A stretch of DNA of 64,000 bases from Candidatus Niyogibacteria bacterium (GCA_016432485.1 CP066691.1:217294-281293), one strand, 5' to 3'; positions 28,154 to 37,570 are shown, counted from the stretch's first letter. Notes: generated by a model from the sequence alone, not told the origin. A program made the numbers and translations.

Positions 28154-28753
28154 TCAGCCGCACTCATTCGGAGCATTTTGGAATTTATAGGATTTAAGCG
28201 ACATCGGAATAATTTCACTGCTTTTGAAATCGGGCGCGACATCAATAATATTCCCCGCGCACCGAGCGTACCAATAAAATATTGTGCCGCGCCAAGAGTG
28301 TTTGAGGCCGAGAAAGTACGCGTCTATTACCGCGCGGATTTTCAGCGCCTTAAAAACACCGGCGGGGACACGATGCGTTTCTTCCGCCAAAACTTCAAAA
28401 TCTGCTTTCACAAGCGCCGCCCGGCTCCATTTTCGCCAAGACCATTTCTTACCCGGATAAAGCGGGAAATCCAGTTTTTTATCTCCCCCGATCCGATTCA
28501 ATTGACTGTCGTAATTAATTTGTCCGCTTCCGATTTTAGTCGTCTCTTCAAAAACATAAATATCGCCTTGCTCCTTAATCATCTTCAAAGATATTTCGCT
28601 GGTGTTTCTCCGGTCAATAAAAATCCATTCATCTCCGACCTCAAAACGAGGGGGTTCGGTTGAGCCGATTTTAATGCCGGCTTCCAAATAATTAAAAATG
28701 AAAACCGATAAAAATACCGCCGCCATCCAAAGAAAGACGAGGCGCATCGCCAT
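28154..28753 (-). CDS. Hypothetical exported protein
   Basis: N-terminal hydrophobic segment; FPLYPGKKW, VPAGVFKALKI; SD AGGAG. Confidence 0.65.
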   Translation of the reverse strand: MAMRLVFLWMAAVFLSVFIFNYLEAGIKIGSTEPPRFEVGDEWIFIDRRNTSEISLKMIKEQGDIYVFEETTKIGSGQINYDSQLNRIGGDKKLDFPLYPGKKWSWRKWSRAALVKADFEVLAEETHRVPAGVFKALKIRAVIDAYFLGLKHSWRGTIFYWYARCAGNIIDVAPDFKSSEIIPMSLKSYKFQNAPNECG

Positions 28754-28815
28754 TCTCCTTCCTCAACGCAAAATATAAAGTGCTTTCAAAATGTATTTTA
28801 TGAAAAATTTAAGAG

Positions 28816-28895
28816 AAAATCAAAAAGAAGAAACCCACCAGATTGCGACCTGGTGGGTTCTGACCGAGCGCGAAGCTCGGCCGGTTAGGATTGGT
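28816..28895 (-). repeat. Shared 3' double-hairpin/terminator element, copy 1
   Basis: 28816-28881 matches 29611-29676 with one mismatch. Confidence 0.85.
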
Positions 28896-28918
28896 CAGAA
28901 CGCTCATCTCGTGGCTGG

Positions 28919-29107
28919 TTATGTGCAGAGCCATTTATTCATGTAATAAAAAGCGCTTCCAAAGAGTATATAGGTCAGCTTGTGGGTGAACTGGGCCCAC
29001 GCACCGACATCGGTGAACTTGACGCCGATGAAATAATCGATCACCGTGACGAACGCCGAAGCGATAAGCAGGAAAACGAGATAGCCGAGGAGCTTCTTGG
29101 CCTTCAT
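28919..29107 (-). CDS. Small two-helix membrane protein
   Basis: 62 aa, hydrophobic; SD AAGGAG. Confidence 0.65.
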   Translation of the reverse strand: MKAKKLLGYLVFLLIASAFVTVIDYFIGVKFTDVGAWAQFTHKLTYILFGSAFYYMNKWLCT

Positions 29108-29246
29108 TATTTTGTCTCCTTAAGGTGCTGGATTACCACGATTCCCTCGTGGCAGGGTTACCGGATTTACAGGGTTTTCACCATGATTCCGATATCATTA
29201 ATAACAGTGTATTACATAATGAAAGTCAAGACAAACAAAAAAGGGT

Positions 29247-29555
29247 CTAAAATGCTGTTTGGATCGTATATTTTCCAACTTTTGTGGGCCAAGTTTTATT
29301 GGCAAGTCCCGGACTTCTTTTGCCGACCAAGTCATTTCTATAAGGTTCATTTTGGATGAAACCCATGGCAATGGTTGCGTTACATTCGGTTTCTTTGTGC
29401 AAAGAGCGGATATATTGTTCGGCTTCTTTAAGAATTGCTTCTGTGGGCCCTTCTCGAAAATCTATTTCTTCAAGATGATCAAAATCGCAGCAAGCGCACT
29501 TGCCGATAACAAATAGGCCCGTACCGACGCCTCCGGCCACGGCATATTCCTCCAT
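29247..29555 (-). CDS. Hypothetical protein (CxCC and HxxxxC, possibly metal-binding)
   Basis: ORF preceded by TTGACA-16nt-TATAAT. Confidence 0.55.
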   Translation of the reverse strand: MEEYAVAGGVGTGLFVIGKCACCDFDHLEEIDFREGPTEAILKEAEQYIRSLHKETECNATIAMGFIQNEPYRNDLVGKRSPGLANKTWPTKVGKYTIQTAF

Positions 29556-29610
29556 CAAACTTTAAAGAATTCCAACGCTATTATAATATTTTTTGGGAAG
29601 CTGTCAACAA

Positions 29611-29689
29611 AAAATCAAAAAGAAGAAACCCACCAGATTGCGACCTGATGGGTTCTGACCGAGCGCGAAGCTCGGCGGTTGGGGTTGGT
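29611..29689 (-). repeat. Shared 3' double-hairpin/terminator element, copy 2
   Basis: Near-identical to 28816-28895. Confidence 0.85.
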
Positions 29690-29693
29690 TGGC

Positions 29694-29951
29694 CTAGCGA
29701 GGACCGACGCGCCATCCGATCATGTTGGTGACTCGAATGGGCTCGACCAGTGCATCGGTGGTGAACTCGAGTCCACCTTTCGGATGGCGGTACGAGCTGA
29801 TCCGTATCGTCGCGCCGGATAGGATGTCCACCACGAAGAGTTCGCCCGCCGGGTTCGTGAAAACCCGCAGGTTGCCACCCTCGTAGTGGATCGGGAACTG
29901 GTCGCCCCCGAACCTGTCCTCCTTCGGCTTTTCCGTCGCGGTCTCTGGCAT
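29694..29951 (-). CDS. Hypothetical protein with GC-rich codons; probable start ATG 29951
   Basis: SD AAAGGAG; promoter at 30083-30111. Confidence 0.6.
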   Translation of the reverse strand: MPETATEKPKEDRFGGDQFPIHYEGGNLRVFTNPAGELFVVDILSGATIRISSYRHPKGGLEFTTDALVEPIRVTNMIGWRVGPR

Positions 29952-30082
29952 TGCGGCATCTCCTTTCATGGTTGGGGTTGAGTTCCTACGACACAGCAAC
30001 CAAGAAAATAAAATTTCTAAGCTATTGTGTCGTAGGAAAATAGGCCAAAATTCACAAGGTGCTATTTTAACTTACTGCTAGA

Positions 30083-30111
30083 AGTATAGCATATCTGTCT
30101 TATCATGTCAA
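30083..30111 (-). promoter_or_regulatory. sigma70 promoter TTGACA-17nt-TATACT with extended -10
   Basis: Consensus match; shares ATGCTATACTT with the promoter at 27262. Confidence 0.75.
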
Positions 30112-30136
30112 GCTATTGCCACTCACTTTGTTCGTG

Positions 30137-30220
30137 TGCATGGGGAGGGATTCGAACCCCCGAAGCCCATAGGGCGCTTGGTTTACAGCCAAGTGCGATT
30201 GACCACTCCGCCACCCATGC
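30137..30220 (-). tRNA. tRNA-Tyr(GTA)
   Basis: GCATGGG/CCCATGC acceptor, CTTGG-CTGTAAA-CCAAG, long variable arm, TTCGAAT. Confidence 0.96.
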
Positions 30221-30239
30221 GATTAAAATACCAAAACCA

Positions 30240-32915
30240 CTATACAACGCTTTTAACTCTTTTTGAAGCCCTTTTTACTGATTCGGTTTTTGTTTTTAGT
30301 TCAATTTCTCCGCCTTTTTCATCAATAACTAATCTATCTCCGGCTCTGGCGGAACCGGCGATCATGCGCTCGGCAATGGCGTTTAAAATTTTGGACTGAA
30401 TCAAACGCTTCAGCGGCCGCGCGCCGAAATTCGGCTCATAACCCTCGCGAGCCAAATAATCTTTGGCTTTGCCGGTCAATTCAAAACCAATGCCTTTTTC
30501 AGCCAACCGTCCTCTAACCTCATTAAGCTGAATATCCACTATTTTTGCTATTTCTTCGCGTCCCAAAGGATTGAAAATAATTATATCATCAAGCCGGTTT
30601 AAAAATTCCGGACGGAATCTCTGCTCAAGCGATTGCACAATTTTTTCTCTCAAATCTTTTCCGCGATTGCCGTCAATTTCTTTTTCTTCAGCGGTCTCAA
30701 AGCCCAGGCGGCCGAGTTCTTTGGCAAATTCCGAACCGACATTGGAAGTCATTATGACAACGGTGTTTTTGAAATTCACCATCCGGCCCTTGGCGTCGGT
30801 CAGACGGCCGTTATCCAGAATCTGAAGCATAATATGGAAAACTTCGGGATGGGCTTTTTCAATTTCATCAAAAAGCACCACGGCATAGGGCCTATGCCTG
30901 ATAAGTTCCGATAATTGCCCGCCTTCTTCATAGCCGACATATCCCGGCGGAGAGCCGATAATTTTGGAGACCGCGTGCTTTTCCATATATTCAGACATAT
31001 CAACGCGGATAAGCGCTTTTTCATCGTTAAACATAAACTCGGCCAGACGCCTGGCCAATTCCGTTTTACCCACTCCGGTAGGGCCCAAAAACATAAAAGA
31101 GCCGATGGGCCTTAGGGGGTCGCCGATTCCCGCGCGAGAACGCCTTACGGCGTTGGCTATTTTGGAGATGGCTTCGCTCTGGCCAACCACCTTTTTTTCC
31201 AATTCAATTTCCGTGCGAAGCAATTTTTTGACTTCCGCCTCCAAAAGATTGGTTACGGGAATTCCGGTCCAGCGCGCGACAACTTGCGCGATGTCTTCCG
31301 GCTCCACCTTTTGTTTTAAAATGCTCCGCGATGATTGAAGCTTACGCAAGCGCTGTTCTTCCGCCTTTAATTGCTTCTCGGTTTCCGGCACGCGGCCGTA
31401 GCGAATTTCGGCGACTTTGGATAAATCGGCCGAGCGTTCGGCGGCTTCCGCTTCCTGGCGCAACACGTCTAAATCCTTTTTAAGGCGGCGGATATTGGCT
31501 ATCGTCTCTTTTTCATTTTTCCATTTTAATTCCACTCCGGATGTCTTTTCGCGAAAACCCTCTATTTCTTTTTGCAGTTTTTTTATTTTTGACTTGCCGG
31601 CGGGCGTTTCCTCTTTTTTCAGGGCCTCTTTTTCAATTTCCAATTTCATAATGTCGTTTCTGGTTTTTTCCAATTCTCCGGGCATGCTGTCTAATTCCAG
31701 GCGCAGGGCGGACGCGGCTTCGTCCATCAGGTCAACGGCTTTATCGGGCAGAAATCTGTCGGTTATGTAACGCGAGGCAAGTTGCACCGCCGATTGCAGG
31801 GCGGCATCGGTTATCTGCACCCCGTGATGAATTTCGTAACGCTCTTTTATGCCGCGTAAAATCGCGACCGCGTCCTCCTGCGTCGGCTCTTCAATATAGA
31901 CCGGCTGAAACCTTCGGGTTAAGGCCGGGTCGCGCTCAATGTATTTTTGATATTCCTTTATCGTGGTGGCGCCTATGGCATGCAATTCTCCGCGAGCCAG
32001 CGCCGGCTTTAGCATATTTGAAGCGTCAATCGCTCCTTCGGCGGCTCCGGCGCCGACAATGGTGTGCAATTCATCAATGAAAAGAATAACTTTGCCTTCG
32101 GCTTTTTCAATTTCGCGCATAACCGCTTTCAAACGCTCTTCAAACTCTCCGCGGTATTTCGTGCCGGCAACCAATGACGCCAAATCCAGCGCGACCAATT
32201 CTTTATCTTTCAGGGCGTCGGGAACATCGTTTGCGGAAATTTTGCGCGCCAACCCCTCCACGACCGCGGTTTTGCCCACTCCGGCTTCACCGATTAAAAC
32301 CGGATTATTTTTTGTCCGGCGGCTCAATATTTGCATAATGCGCTTGATTTCTTGGTCTCTGCCGATAACCGGATCCAATTTATCCTCGCGGGCAAGATGA
32401 GTCAGATTGCGGCCGTAACGCTCAAGCACCTTTAGTTTTGTTTCCGGCTCAAGGTCGGTCACTCTGCCCGACCCTCTCAATTCTTCAAGCATCCTTTTGA
32501 CTTCTTCGCGCTGGAGATGATTGGCCGAAAGAATATTCTGCGCTTTTGAAGGCACGTCAAAAATAGCCAAAAACAGATGTTCGGTTGAAATAAATTCGTC
32601 TTTCATTGATTGCGTTATGCGATAGGCGACATCAAGTATGCGACCGAACTCCTGGCTTAAAAACATCTGGCTTGACGGCATTAAGACATTTGATCTTATT
32701 TTAGAATCCAAAGCCGACATCGCCGAATCGATCAAATCGTTTAAATCAACATCCATTTTTTCCAAAATGGAATTGACTATGCCCTCTTCCTGCAAAATCA
32801 GGGCGGCTAAAAGATGCAGGGCATCCACTTGATTTTGGCCGCGCTCAATAGCCAGTTCGTGCGCTCGACGAACGGCTTCCTGGGCTTTTATGGTGAATTG
32901 ACCGAATGGAGGCAT
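30240..32915 (-). CDS. clpB: Chaperone ClpB
   Basis: Two AAA+ modules ([16 protein letters not shown]) with a long middle coiled coil. Confidence 0.96.
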   Translation of the reverse strand: MPPFGQFTIKAQEAVRRAHELAIERGQNQVDALHLLAALILQEEGIVNSILEKMDVDLNDLIDSAMSALDSKIRSNVLMPSSQMFLSQEFGRILDVAYRITQSMKDEFISTEHLFLAIFDVPSKAQNILSANHLQREEVKRMLEELRGSGRVTDLEPETKLKVLERYGRNLTHLAREDKLDPVIGRDQEIKRIMQILSRRTKNNPVLIGEAGVGKTAVVEGLARKISANDVPDALKDKELVALDLASLVAGTKYRGEFEERLKAVMREIEKAEGKVILFIDELHTIVGAGAAEGAIDASNMLKPALARGELHAIGATTIKEYQKYIERDPALTRRFQPVYIEEPTQEDAVAILRGIKERYEIHHGVQITDAALQSAVQLASRYITDRFLPDKAVDLMDEAASALRLELDSMPGELEKTRNDIMKLEIEKEALKKEETPAGKSKIKKLQKEIEGFREKTSGVELKWKNEKETIANIRRLKKDLDVLRQEAEAAERSADLSKVAEIRYGRVPETEKQLKAEEQRLRKLQSSRSILKQKVEPEDIAQVVARWTGIPVTNLLEAEVKKLLRTEIELEKKVVGQSEAISKIANAVRRSRAGIGDPLRPIGSFMFLGPTGVGKTELARRLAEFMFNDEKALIRVDMSEYMEKHAVSKIIGSPPGYVGYEEGGQLSELIRHRPYAVVLFDEIEKAHPEVFHIMLQILDNGRLTDAKGRMVNFKNTVVIMTSNVGSEFAKELGRLGFETAEEKEIDGNRGKDLREKIVQSLEQRFRPEFLNRLDDIIIFNPLGREEIAKIVDIQLNEVRGRLAEKGIGFELTGKAKDYLAREGYEPNFGARPLKRLIQSKILNAIAERMIAGSARAGDRLVIDEKGGEIELKTKTESVKRASKRVKSVV

Positions 32916-32950
32916 ATTTCAAAAAATTTCTAATTACTAATATCTAATTT

Positions 32951-34213
32951 TTAAAGATTTTGCGGGCGTTCAACAAGTTCCGCTTCCACTTTTAATTCTT
33001 CGGCGTTGCGCAATACTTTCAATTCCACTTTTTCACCCACTCTCCTTTGGCTTATCAATTTGGCTAAAGTGTTATCTTTATTCACTCTCACGCCGCCGAA
33101 CTCTAATATTATATCACCTTCTTTCAGGCCTGCGGCCTGCGCCGGAGAATTGTTTATAATCGCGGTCCGGCCTTCGCCCGCAATCAAGAGCGCGCCGTAA
33201 TCAACCGACAATTTCTTTTCTTCTTTAATTTGCGGCGTAACTGAAAGATAATGAACGCCCAGATAGGCATAGCTTATCTTTCCGAAATCGCGTACGTCCG
33301 AGACGGCTTTTTTCACGGAATTTATCGGCAAAGCGAATCCGATGCTCTGGGCTTCGGAGGCGACAGCAGTATTAATGCCGATGGCCCGTCCGGCCGAATC
33401 CAGCAGCGGACCGCCGGAATTTCCAGGGTTGATCGCGGCATCGGTTTGGATTACTTCCTGCAAAACTTCAGGGCCGGAAGCGGATCCGGAAGCGACGATC
33501 GTCCGGCTAAGTCCGGCGATGACTCCGACTGAAACCGTATTTTGAAATTCACCAAGAGCGTTGCCGATGGCCACGACTGTCTGACCGACTTTAAGATTGT
33601 CTGAATTTCCAAGCGAAATAAAAGCAAACCCGCCGCCGTCCACTTTCAAAATCGCGACGTCCTGAACCGAATCTCGCGCCAAAACTTCAGCCTTCATTTT
33701 CCGGCCGTCGTTCATTAAAACCGTGTATTCAACGGTTTTATCTTCAACCACGTGGCGATTGGTGACCAGATATCCATCCTCAGTTACAAAAAATCCGGAG
33801 CCGGCTGAAATCTGCCTTTTTTCAGTTCCTTTTTGGCGGTATTGCGGAACTAAAATCTGCGGCATCTCTCCTGAAAAAAACCGCCGGAAGAAATCATCGT
33901 TTTCAAAGGGATTGATGAAATATTGTTCTATGACCGGAACGTCTTTGGAAGCGGTAATGCTGACCACCGCCGGCAAAGTGTCGGCAACAAGCTTGATAAT
34001 TAAACCTTCCGAAGTAATAATAAAATCCGAATTTTGCTTTTGGTTATCCGACTTATTGTCTATCACTTTCTCAATCACCCGATTGATGGTTTGGGTTATT
34101 GGAGCCGGCGCCTGATTAACCAAAGTCACGCTGACAATGCCGGTAACAAGCGAAGTTATAAAACTCACCAAAAGAACCAGCAAAACTAATTGTGTTTTTG
34201 TCAGATTTTCCAT
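32951..34213 (-). CDS. htrA: HtrA/DegP-family serine protease with PDZ domain
   Basis: TNRHV, QTDAAINPGNSGGPL; N-terminal transmembrane helix; one PDZ. Confidence 0.93.
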   Translation of the reverse strand: MENLTKTQLVLLVLLVSFITSLVTGIVSVTLVNQAPAPITQTINRVIEKVIDNKSDNQKQNSDFIITSEGLIIKLVADTLPAVVSITASKDVPVIEQYFINPFENDDFFRRFFSGEMPQILVPQYRQKGTEKRQISAGSGFFVTEDGYLVTNRHVVEDKTVEYTVLMNDGRKMKAEVLARDSVQDVAILKVDGGGFAFISLGNSDNLKVGQTVVAIGNALGEFQNTVSVGVIAGLSRTIVASGSASGPEVLQEVIQTDAAINPGNSGGPLLDSAGRAIGINTAVASEAQSIGFALPINSVKKAVSDVRDFGKISYAYLGVHYLSVTPQIKEEKKLSVDYGALLIAGEGRTAIINNSPAQAAGLKEGDIILEFGGVRVNKDNTLAKLISQRRVGEKVELKVLRNAEELKVEAELVERPQNL

Positions 34214-34226
34214 TTACCCAATTTAC

Positions 34227-34282
34227 TTGACTTTTTATCCGCTTATATATATAATTGTAAGCGGAAGTGGTTATTTTGTCAA
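34227..34282. promoter_or_regulatory. Overlapping divergent promoters (+ TTGACT-17-TATAAT; - TTGACA-17-TACAAT)
   Basis: Both hexamer pairs have 17-nt spacers. Confidence 0.6.
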
Positions 34283-34315
34283 CAATTCAGCTCACAAAAG
34301 CATGGGGAGAAAAAA

Positions 34316-35086
34316 ATGAACATTATTGAAATTCCCGATGGCGCGGAAATACATGTTGCAGGAGCTATATTTGAGCCAAAATTTTCACAGGTTTTACTTG
34401 TTAACAACAATGCCTATAAAGGAAAACCGTTGGGTGTTGGTATTCCTGGCGGCAGAACATCAACTTCTGCTCTACTTGAACGTTTACAATTTATATTGGG
34501 TAAAAAACAAGGGAATTGGTTAGAAACACAGCAAAAAACAGAGGAACCGGAAGATTGGACTACAATGTTAAATCGCCTTTTCAAATATAGCGACTTTATA
34601 AACGTATTAGACCAAATTTTTGAAGAGTTACAACGGTTGCAGCAAAAAAAATGTATATTATGGAGTGATCTTAGCCGCGGGGCAAGAGACATGCTTCTTC
34701 GCGAAAAACTTTGCGTGGAAGTAAAAAGCGAAACGGGCGTTGAAAAAGAGGAACTGGAAATTCTTAACCTGCTTTCTTACGATATTGTGACTTATCCGGA
34801 CAAAATCATACATAGAGTCATATATTTCTGCTCAACGGAAGCGGTCGGCATACCCAGAAAACATTATAAAGAAGAAGTGGACGAATCGCGCTGGTTTGAT
34901 GCTAGCTTCTTGCCGGAAACCATGTATCGCAATCACCGAAAAATCTTCGAAAATCCGGCAATTGGCCATCTTTCCGACCATTGGAGAAAAATAAAACGTC
35001 GGGAAAAAAGATATGAACGATTAGCAAAGCCCGAAGAACCGGACGAAGAAACTCTTAGAGCCCTTTTTGAATGGGCAAAACCATAA
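34316..35086 (+). CDS. Nudix-fold protein with a large insert inside a degenerate Nudix box
   Basis: VAGAIF, VLLV, IPGG...EVKSETGV, EEVDESRWF..LP; SD GGGGAG. Confidence 0.6.
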   Translation: MNIIEIPDGAEIHVAGAIFEPKFSQVLLVNNNAYKGKPLGVGIPGGRTSTSALLERLQFILGKKQGNWLETQQKTEEPEDWTTMLNRLFKYSDFINVLDQIFEELQRLQQKKCILWSDLSRGARDMLLREKLCVEVKSETGVEKEELEILNLLSYDIVTYPDKIIHRVIYFCSTEAVGIPRKHYKEEVDESRWFDASFLPETMYRNHRKIFENPAIGHLSDHWRKIKRREKRYERLAKPEEPDEETLRALFEWAKP

Positions 35087-35111
35087 TAATTTTCAAACGC
35101 GAATTTCAAGT

Positions 35112-35143
35112 CCCGCCGCTCTGATAGAGTGGCGGGTTTTTTT
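35112..35143 (+). terminator. Intrinsic terminator
   Basis: cccgccgctct-gat-agagtggcggg-T7. Confidence 0.8.
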
Positions 35144-35211
35144 ACCCCCACACCAATTGAGCAATAGCGCCTCTGGCGCAAAATAAAAAATTGCTCAATT
35201 GGTGTGGAGGT
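35144..35211. mobile_element. 68-bp MITE/REP-like element, copy A (22-bp inverted arms ACCCCCACACCAAT...)
   Basis: Arms differ by one mismatch; homologous to 58769-58836. Confidence 0.75.
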
Positions 35212-35433
35212 TTATGCTTCTTCAACGCTTTGGATTTGCGGAATTTTTGATTTTAATATTTTCTCAATACCAGCTTTAAGCGTAACGATGCTCAAGGGGC
35301 ACCCTTGGCAATTGCCTTTGAGCCGTAATTTTACAACTCCGTTTTCAAAACCGGCAAATTCCAAATCGCCCAAATGCATAGCGAGCATCGGTCTTACTTC
35401 CTTGTCCAAAATTTCTTTTATGCGTGATTCCAT
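35212..35433 (-). CDS. NifU/Nfu-type Fe-S carrier; start ATG 35433
   Basis: VRPMLAMHLGD, GNCQGCP, TLKAGIE. Confidence 0.9.
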   Translation of the reverse strand: MESRIKEILDKEVRPMLAMHLGDLEFAGFENGVVKLRLKGNCQGCPLSIVTLKAGIEKILKSKIPQIQSVEEA

Positions 35434-35439
35434 TTTGAA

Positions 35440-35635
35440 TAACAACGCAAAATTAACTTTCGTTGGCTTGCGGAAAAACTTTGAAAATTAAAGAGTTTTG
35501 AAACGAAAAATAGCGAGTAGGAAATTCCTGAGCGCAGCGAGGGAGGAACGATGGAGCGTTATTTTTCGTGAACAAAACGACTATAATTTTCAAGTTTTGG
35601 AGCACTGTCATAAGAAAGTTAATTTTGCGTTGTTA
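35440..35635. mobile_element. 196-bp foldback MITE-like element with 22-bp perfect inverted ends, TA at both ends
   Basis: TAACAACGCAAAATTAACTTTC ... GAAAGTTAATTTTGCGTTGTTA; further internal pairing. Confidence 0.8.
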
Positions 35636-36268
35636 AATTGAAAATCGTCTTTCAACCTCCTGCCAATTTACAACATTCCACCAAGCATCAACATATTCCG
35701 CTCTGCGATTTTGATATTTCAGATAATACGCGTGCTCCCAAACATCAATTCCTAAAAGCGGAATAAGGCCCTGTGAAATCGGACTGTCTTGATTCGGCGT
35801 TGTCATAATGGACAAGCTCTTCGACTCGCCTTGCTCGCTCAGAGCAAGCCACGCCCAACCGCTGCCAAAAACTCCTATGGAGGCCGCGGCGAATTTCTCT
35901 TTGAAATCCGAAAATCTGCCGAATTCTTTATCAATTCCGTCAGCCAGCGCGCCCGACGGTTCCATAAGACCGCCCTTCGATGCTCTCAGGGCCGGCGGAC
36001 TCATCGTTCGCCAGAAGATAGAGTGGTTAAAATGTCCTCCGCCGTGATTGCGAACGGCCGTTCTGATATCTTCCGGAATTGAATTTAAATCCTTTAGCAA
36101 CTCTTCAACTGATTTTTCCTGCAGGGCGGGATACTTTTCCAAAGCTGCGTTTAATTTATCAACATAGGCCTGATGATGTTTGGAATAATGAATTTCCATC
36201 GTACGCGCGTCAATATACGGCTCAAGCGCGGAATAATCGTATGGTAATTTTGGAAGTTCGTGTTTCAT
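35633..36268 (-). CDS. sodA: Fe/Mn superoxide dismutase
   Basis: [33 protein letters not shown]. Confidence 0.96.
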   Translation of the reverse strand: MKHELPKLPYDYSALEPYIDARTMEIHYSKHHQAYVDKLNAALEKYPALQEKSVEELLKDLNSIPEDIRTAVRNHGGGHFNHSIFWRTMSPPALRASKGGLMEPSGALADGIDKEFGRFSDFKEKFAAASIGVFGSGWAWLALSEQGESKSLSIMTTPNQDSPISQGLIPLLGIDVWEHAYYLKYQNRRAEYVDAWWNVVNWQEVERRFSI

Positions 36269-36356
36269 ATAAAATCGATGCTAATATGCGAATTTATGCT
36301 AATAATACTAATAATTTATTTGTATAATTCGTATGCATTTGTATATTGGTATCGCA

Positions 36357-36590
36357 TTATTCCGGAAATATCTGCTTGCCTTCTTCGTCGTATAAAATAA
36401 TCGCTTTTGTGGGGCAGGATTTCGCGGCGTTCAGTATGGTTTCAAAGTCCGCCGCGTTTTTATCCACGATATAGGCCTTATTTTCCTGGTCAAGCGCGAA
36501 TACGCCCGGTGCTATCGCCACACAGCTAGCAGCACCTATACAAAGCTCCCGGTCAATTTCTATTTTAGAGATTTCTTTGCCCTCGGCCAT
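36357..36590 (-). CDS. Single-cluster ferredoxin (3Fe-4S type motif)
   Basis: CIGAASC...CP; second Cys replaced by Ala. Confidence 0.88.
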   Translation of the reverse strand: MAEGKEISKIEIDRELCIGAASCVAIAPGVFALDQENKAYIVDKNAADFETILNAAKSCPTKAIILYDEEGKQIFPE

Positions 36591-36599
36591 TCTTCAATT

Positions 36600-37016
36600 T
36601 TATATCCCACCCCTTTCAAGAGCAAGTTTTACGGCCTCAAGTCCAAACAAAACGCAATTTTGGCGAGATGGCGAGGGGGTCCCGCCGACCATTTTAAAAA
36701 TATCTTCGTTTTTGATTTTTTTGATAAGAGAAATGGGCCTGCCTTTGATGTGTTCCGAAAAAATTGACAGAGCCGCCCGCGATAAAATACACCCCTGAAT
36801 CTGATATTTAATGTCGGCGATTTTGCCGTTTTTAATTTTTAAAAAAATCTCCGCCTCATCCCCGCAAAAAGGATTTTTAGCCGAAATCTTTTTTGTGCCG
36901 TAAATCACCCCGACATTCCGCGGATTCCTCGCATGCTCCATTATCAACTCCTGATAAATCCCATTAGAAAACCCTTTATCGGGAGTCATCAGAAAATTTT
37001 TGTTTGAGTTATTCAT
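36600..37016 (-). CDS. sufU: SufU/IscU-type scaffold (start uncertain)
   Basis: YQELIMEHARNPRN, NPFCGD, GCILS, RQNC. Confidence 0.88.
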   Translation of the reverse strand: MNNSNKNFLMTPDKGFSNGIYQELIMEHARNPRNVGVIYGTKKISAKNPFCGDEAEIFLKIKNGKIADIKYQIQGCILSRAALSIFSEHIKGRPISLIKKIKNEDIFKMVGGTPSPSRQNCVLFGLEAVKLALERGGI

Positions 37017-37101
37017 ATTGTCTGTCTTTATAAATATCCGCCGTGAAATCATAAAATCATGAAATTATAAAATCATAAAATCTATTAAAAGACCCTCAAC
37101 C

Positions 37102-37128
37102 CATTCAACTATTCGAGCGAATGTGAAA
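37102..37128. repeat. 27-bp direct repeat copy 1, overlapping the ArsR gene 3' end (putative operator)
   Basis: cattcaactattcgagcgaatgtgaaa; two mismatches to 37424-37450. Confidence 0.7.
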
Positions 37129-37384
37129 TATATTTGGCTATGTGGTGGCATTCCGAAGAAAGACGATACCACATCTCCGAACTCCTCTGTTCTTTCTCCG
37201 TAATGTCGGCGGCGGCCAGCACTCCCAGATGTTTTGAGGTGGCCGTAAAAGATATTTTGATTTCTTCGGCAATATCGCCGACAGTCGCTTCTTTTTCTTT
37301 TTTTAGATATTTAACAATGGCCAACCTGCGCCTGTTGGCTAGGGCTTTCAAAATTCTTTCCGTTGCTTTTATATTATCTTTCAT
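37109..37384 (-). CDS. ArsR/SmtB-family transcriptional regulator
   Basis: LKALANRRRLAI, ATSKHLGVL, WYRL. Confidence 0.92.
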   Translation of the reverse strand: MKDNIKATERILKALANRRRLAIVKYLKKEKEATVGDIAEEIKISFTATSKHLGVLAAADITEKEQRSSEMWYRLSSECHHIAKYISHSLE

Positions 37385-37423
37385 ATCTCACCGTCCTGTT
37401 GATTCTATCACGATATCCATACT

Positions 37424-37450
37424 CATTCAACCATTCGAGCGAATGAGAAA
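37424..37450. repeat. 27-bp direct repeat copy 2, upstream of the ArsR gene (putative operator)
   Basis: cattcaaccattcgagcgaatgagaaa. Confidence 0.7.
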
Positions 37451-37461
37451 GAGGAAGGAAA

Positions 37462-37511
37462 AATTTAGGGAGAATTTGGGGAGAATTTAGGGAGAACTTG
37501 GAGGAGAATTT
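37462..37511. repeat. Degenerate 11-bp tandem repeat (aatttrgggag) x4
   Basis: Read directly from the sequence. Confidence 0.65.
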
Positions 37512-37570
37512 TTTGACAATAAATATTTACTACATTAGCATACTTTCAGCATCCAAAGGAGGCCAAAGTC

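Noticed and set aside
28816-29689. Integron attC sites
   Set aside because: No convincing RYYYAAC / GTTRRRY box pair in both copies and no intI nearby; they look more like shared terminators.
28106-30136. tRNA-integrated prophage or genomic island with att sites
   Set aside because: No integrase, and no duplicated 3' end of tRNA-Tyr or tRNA-Thr was found.
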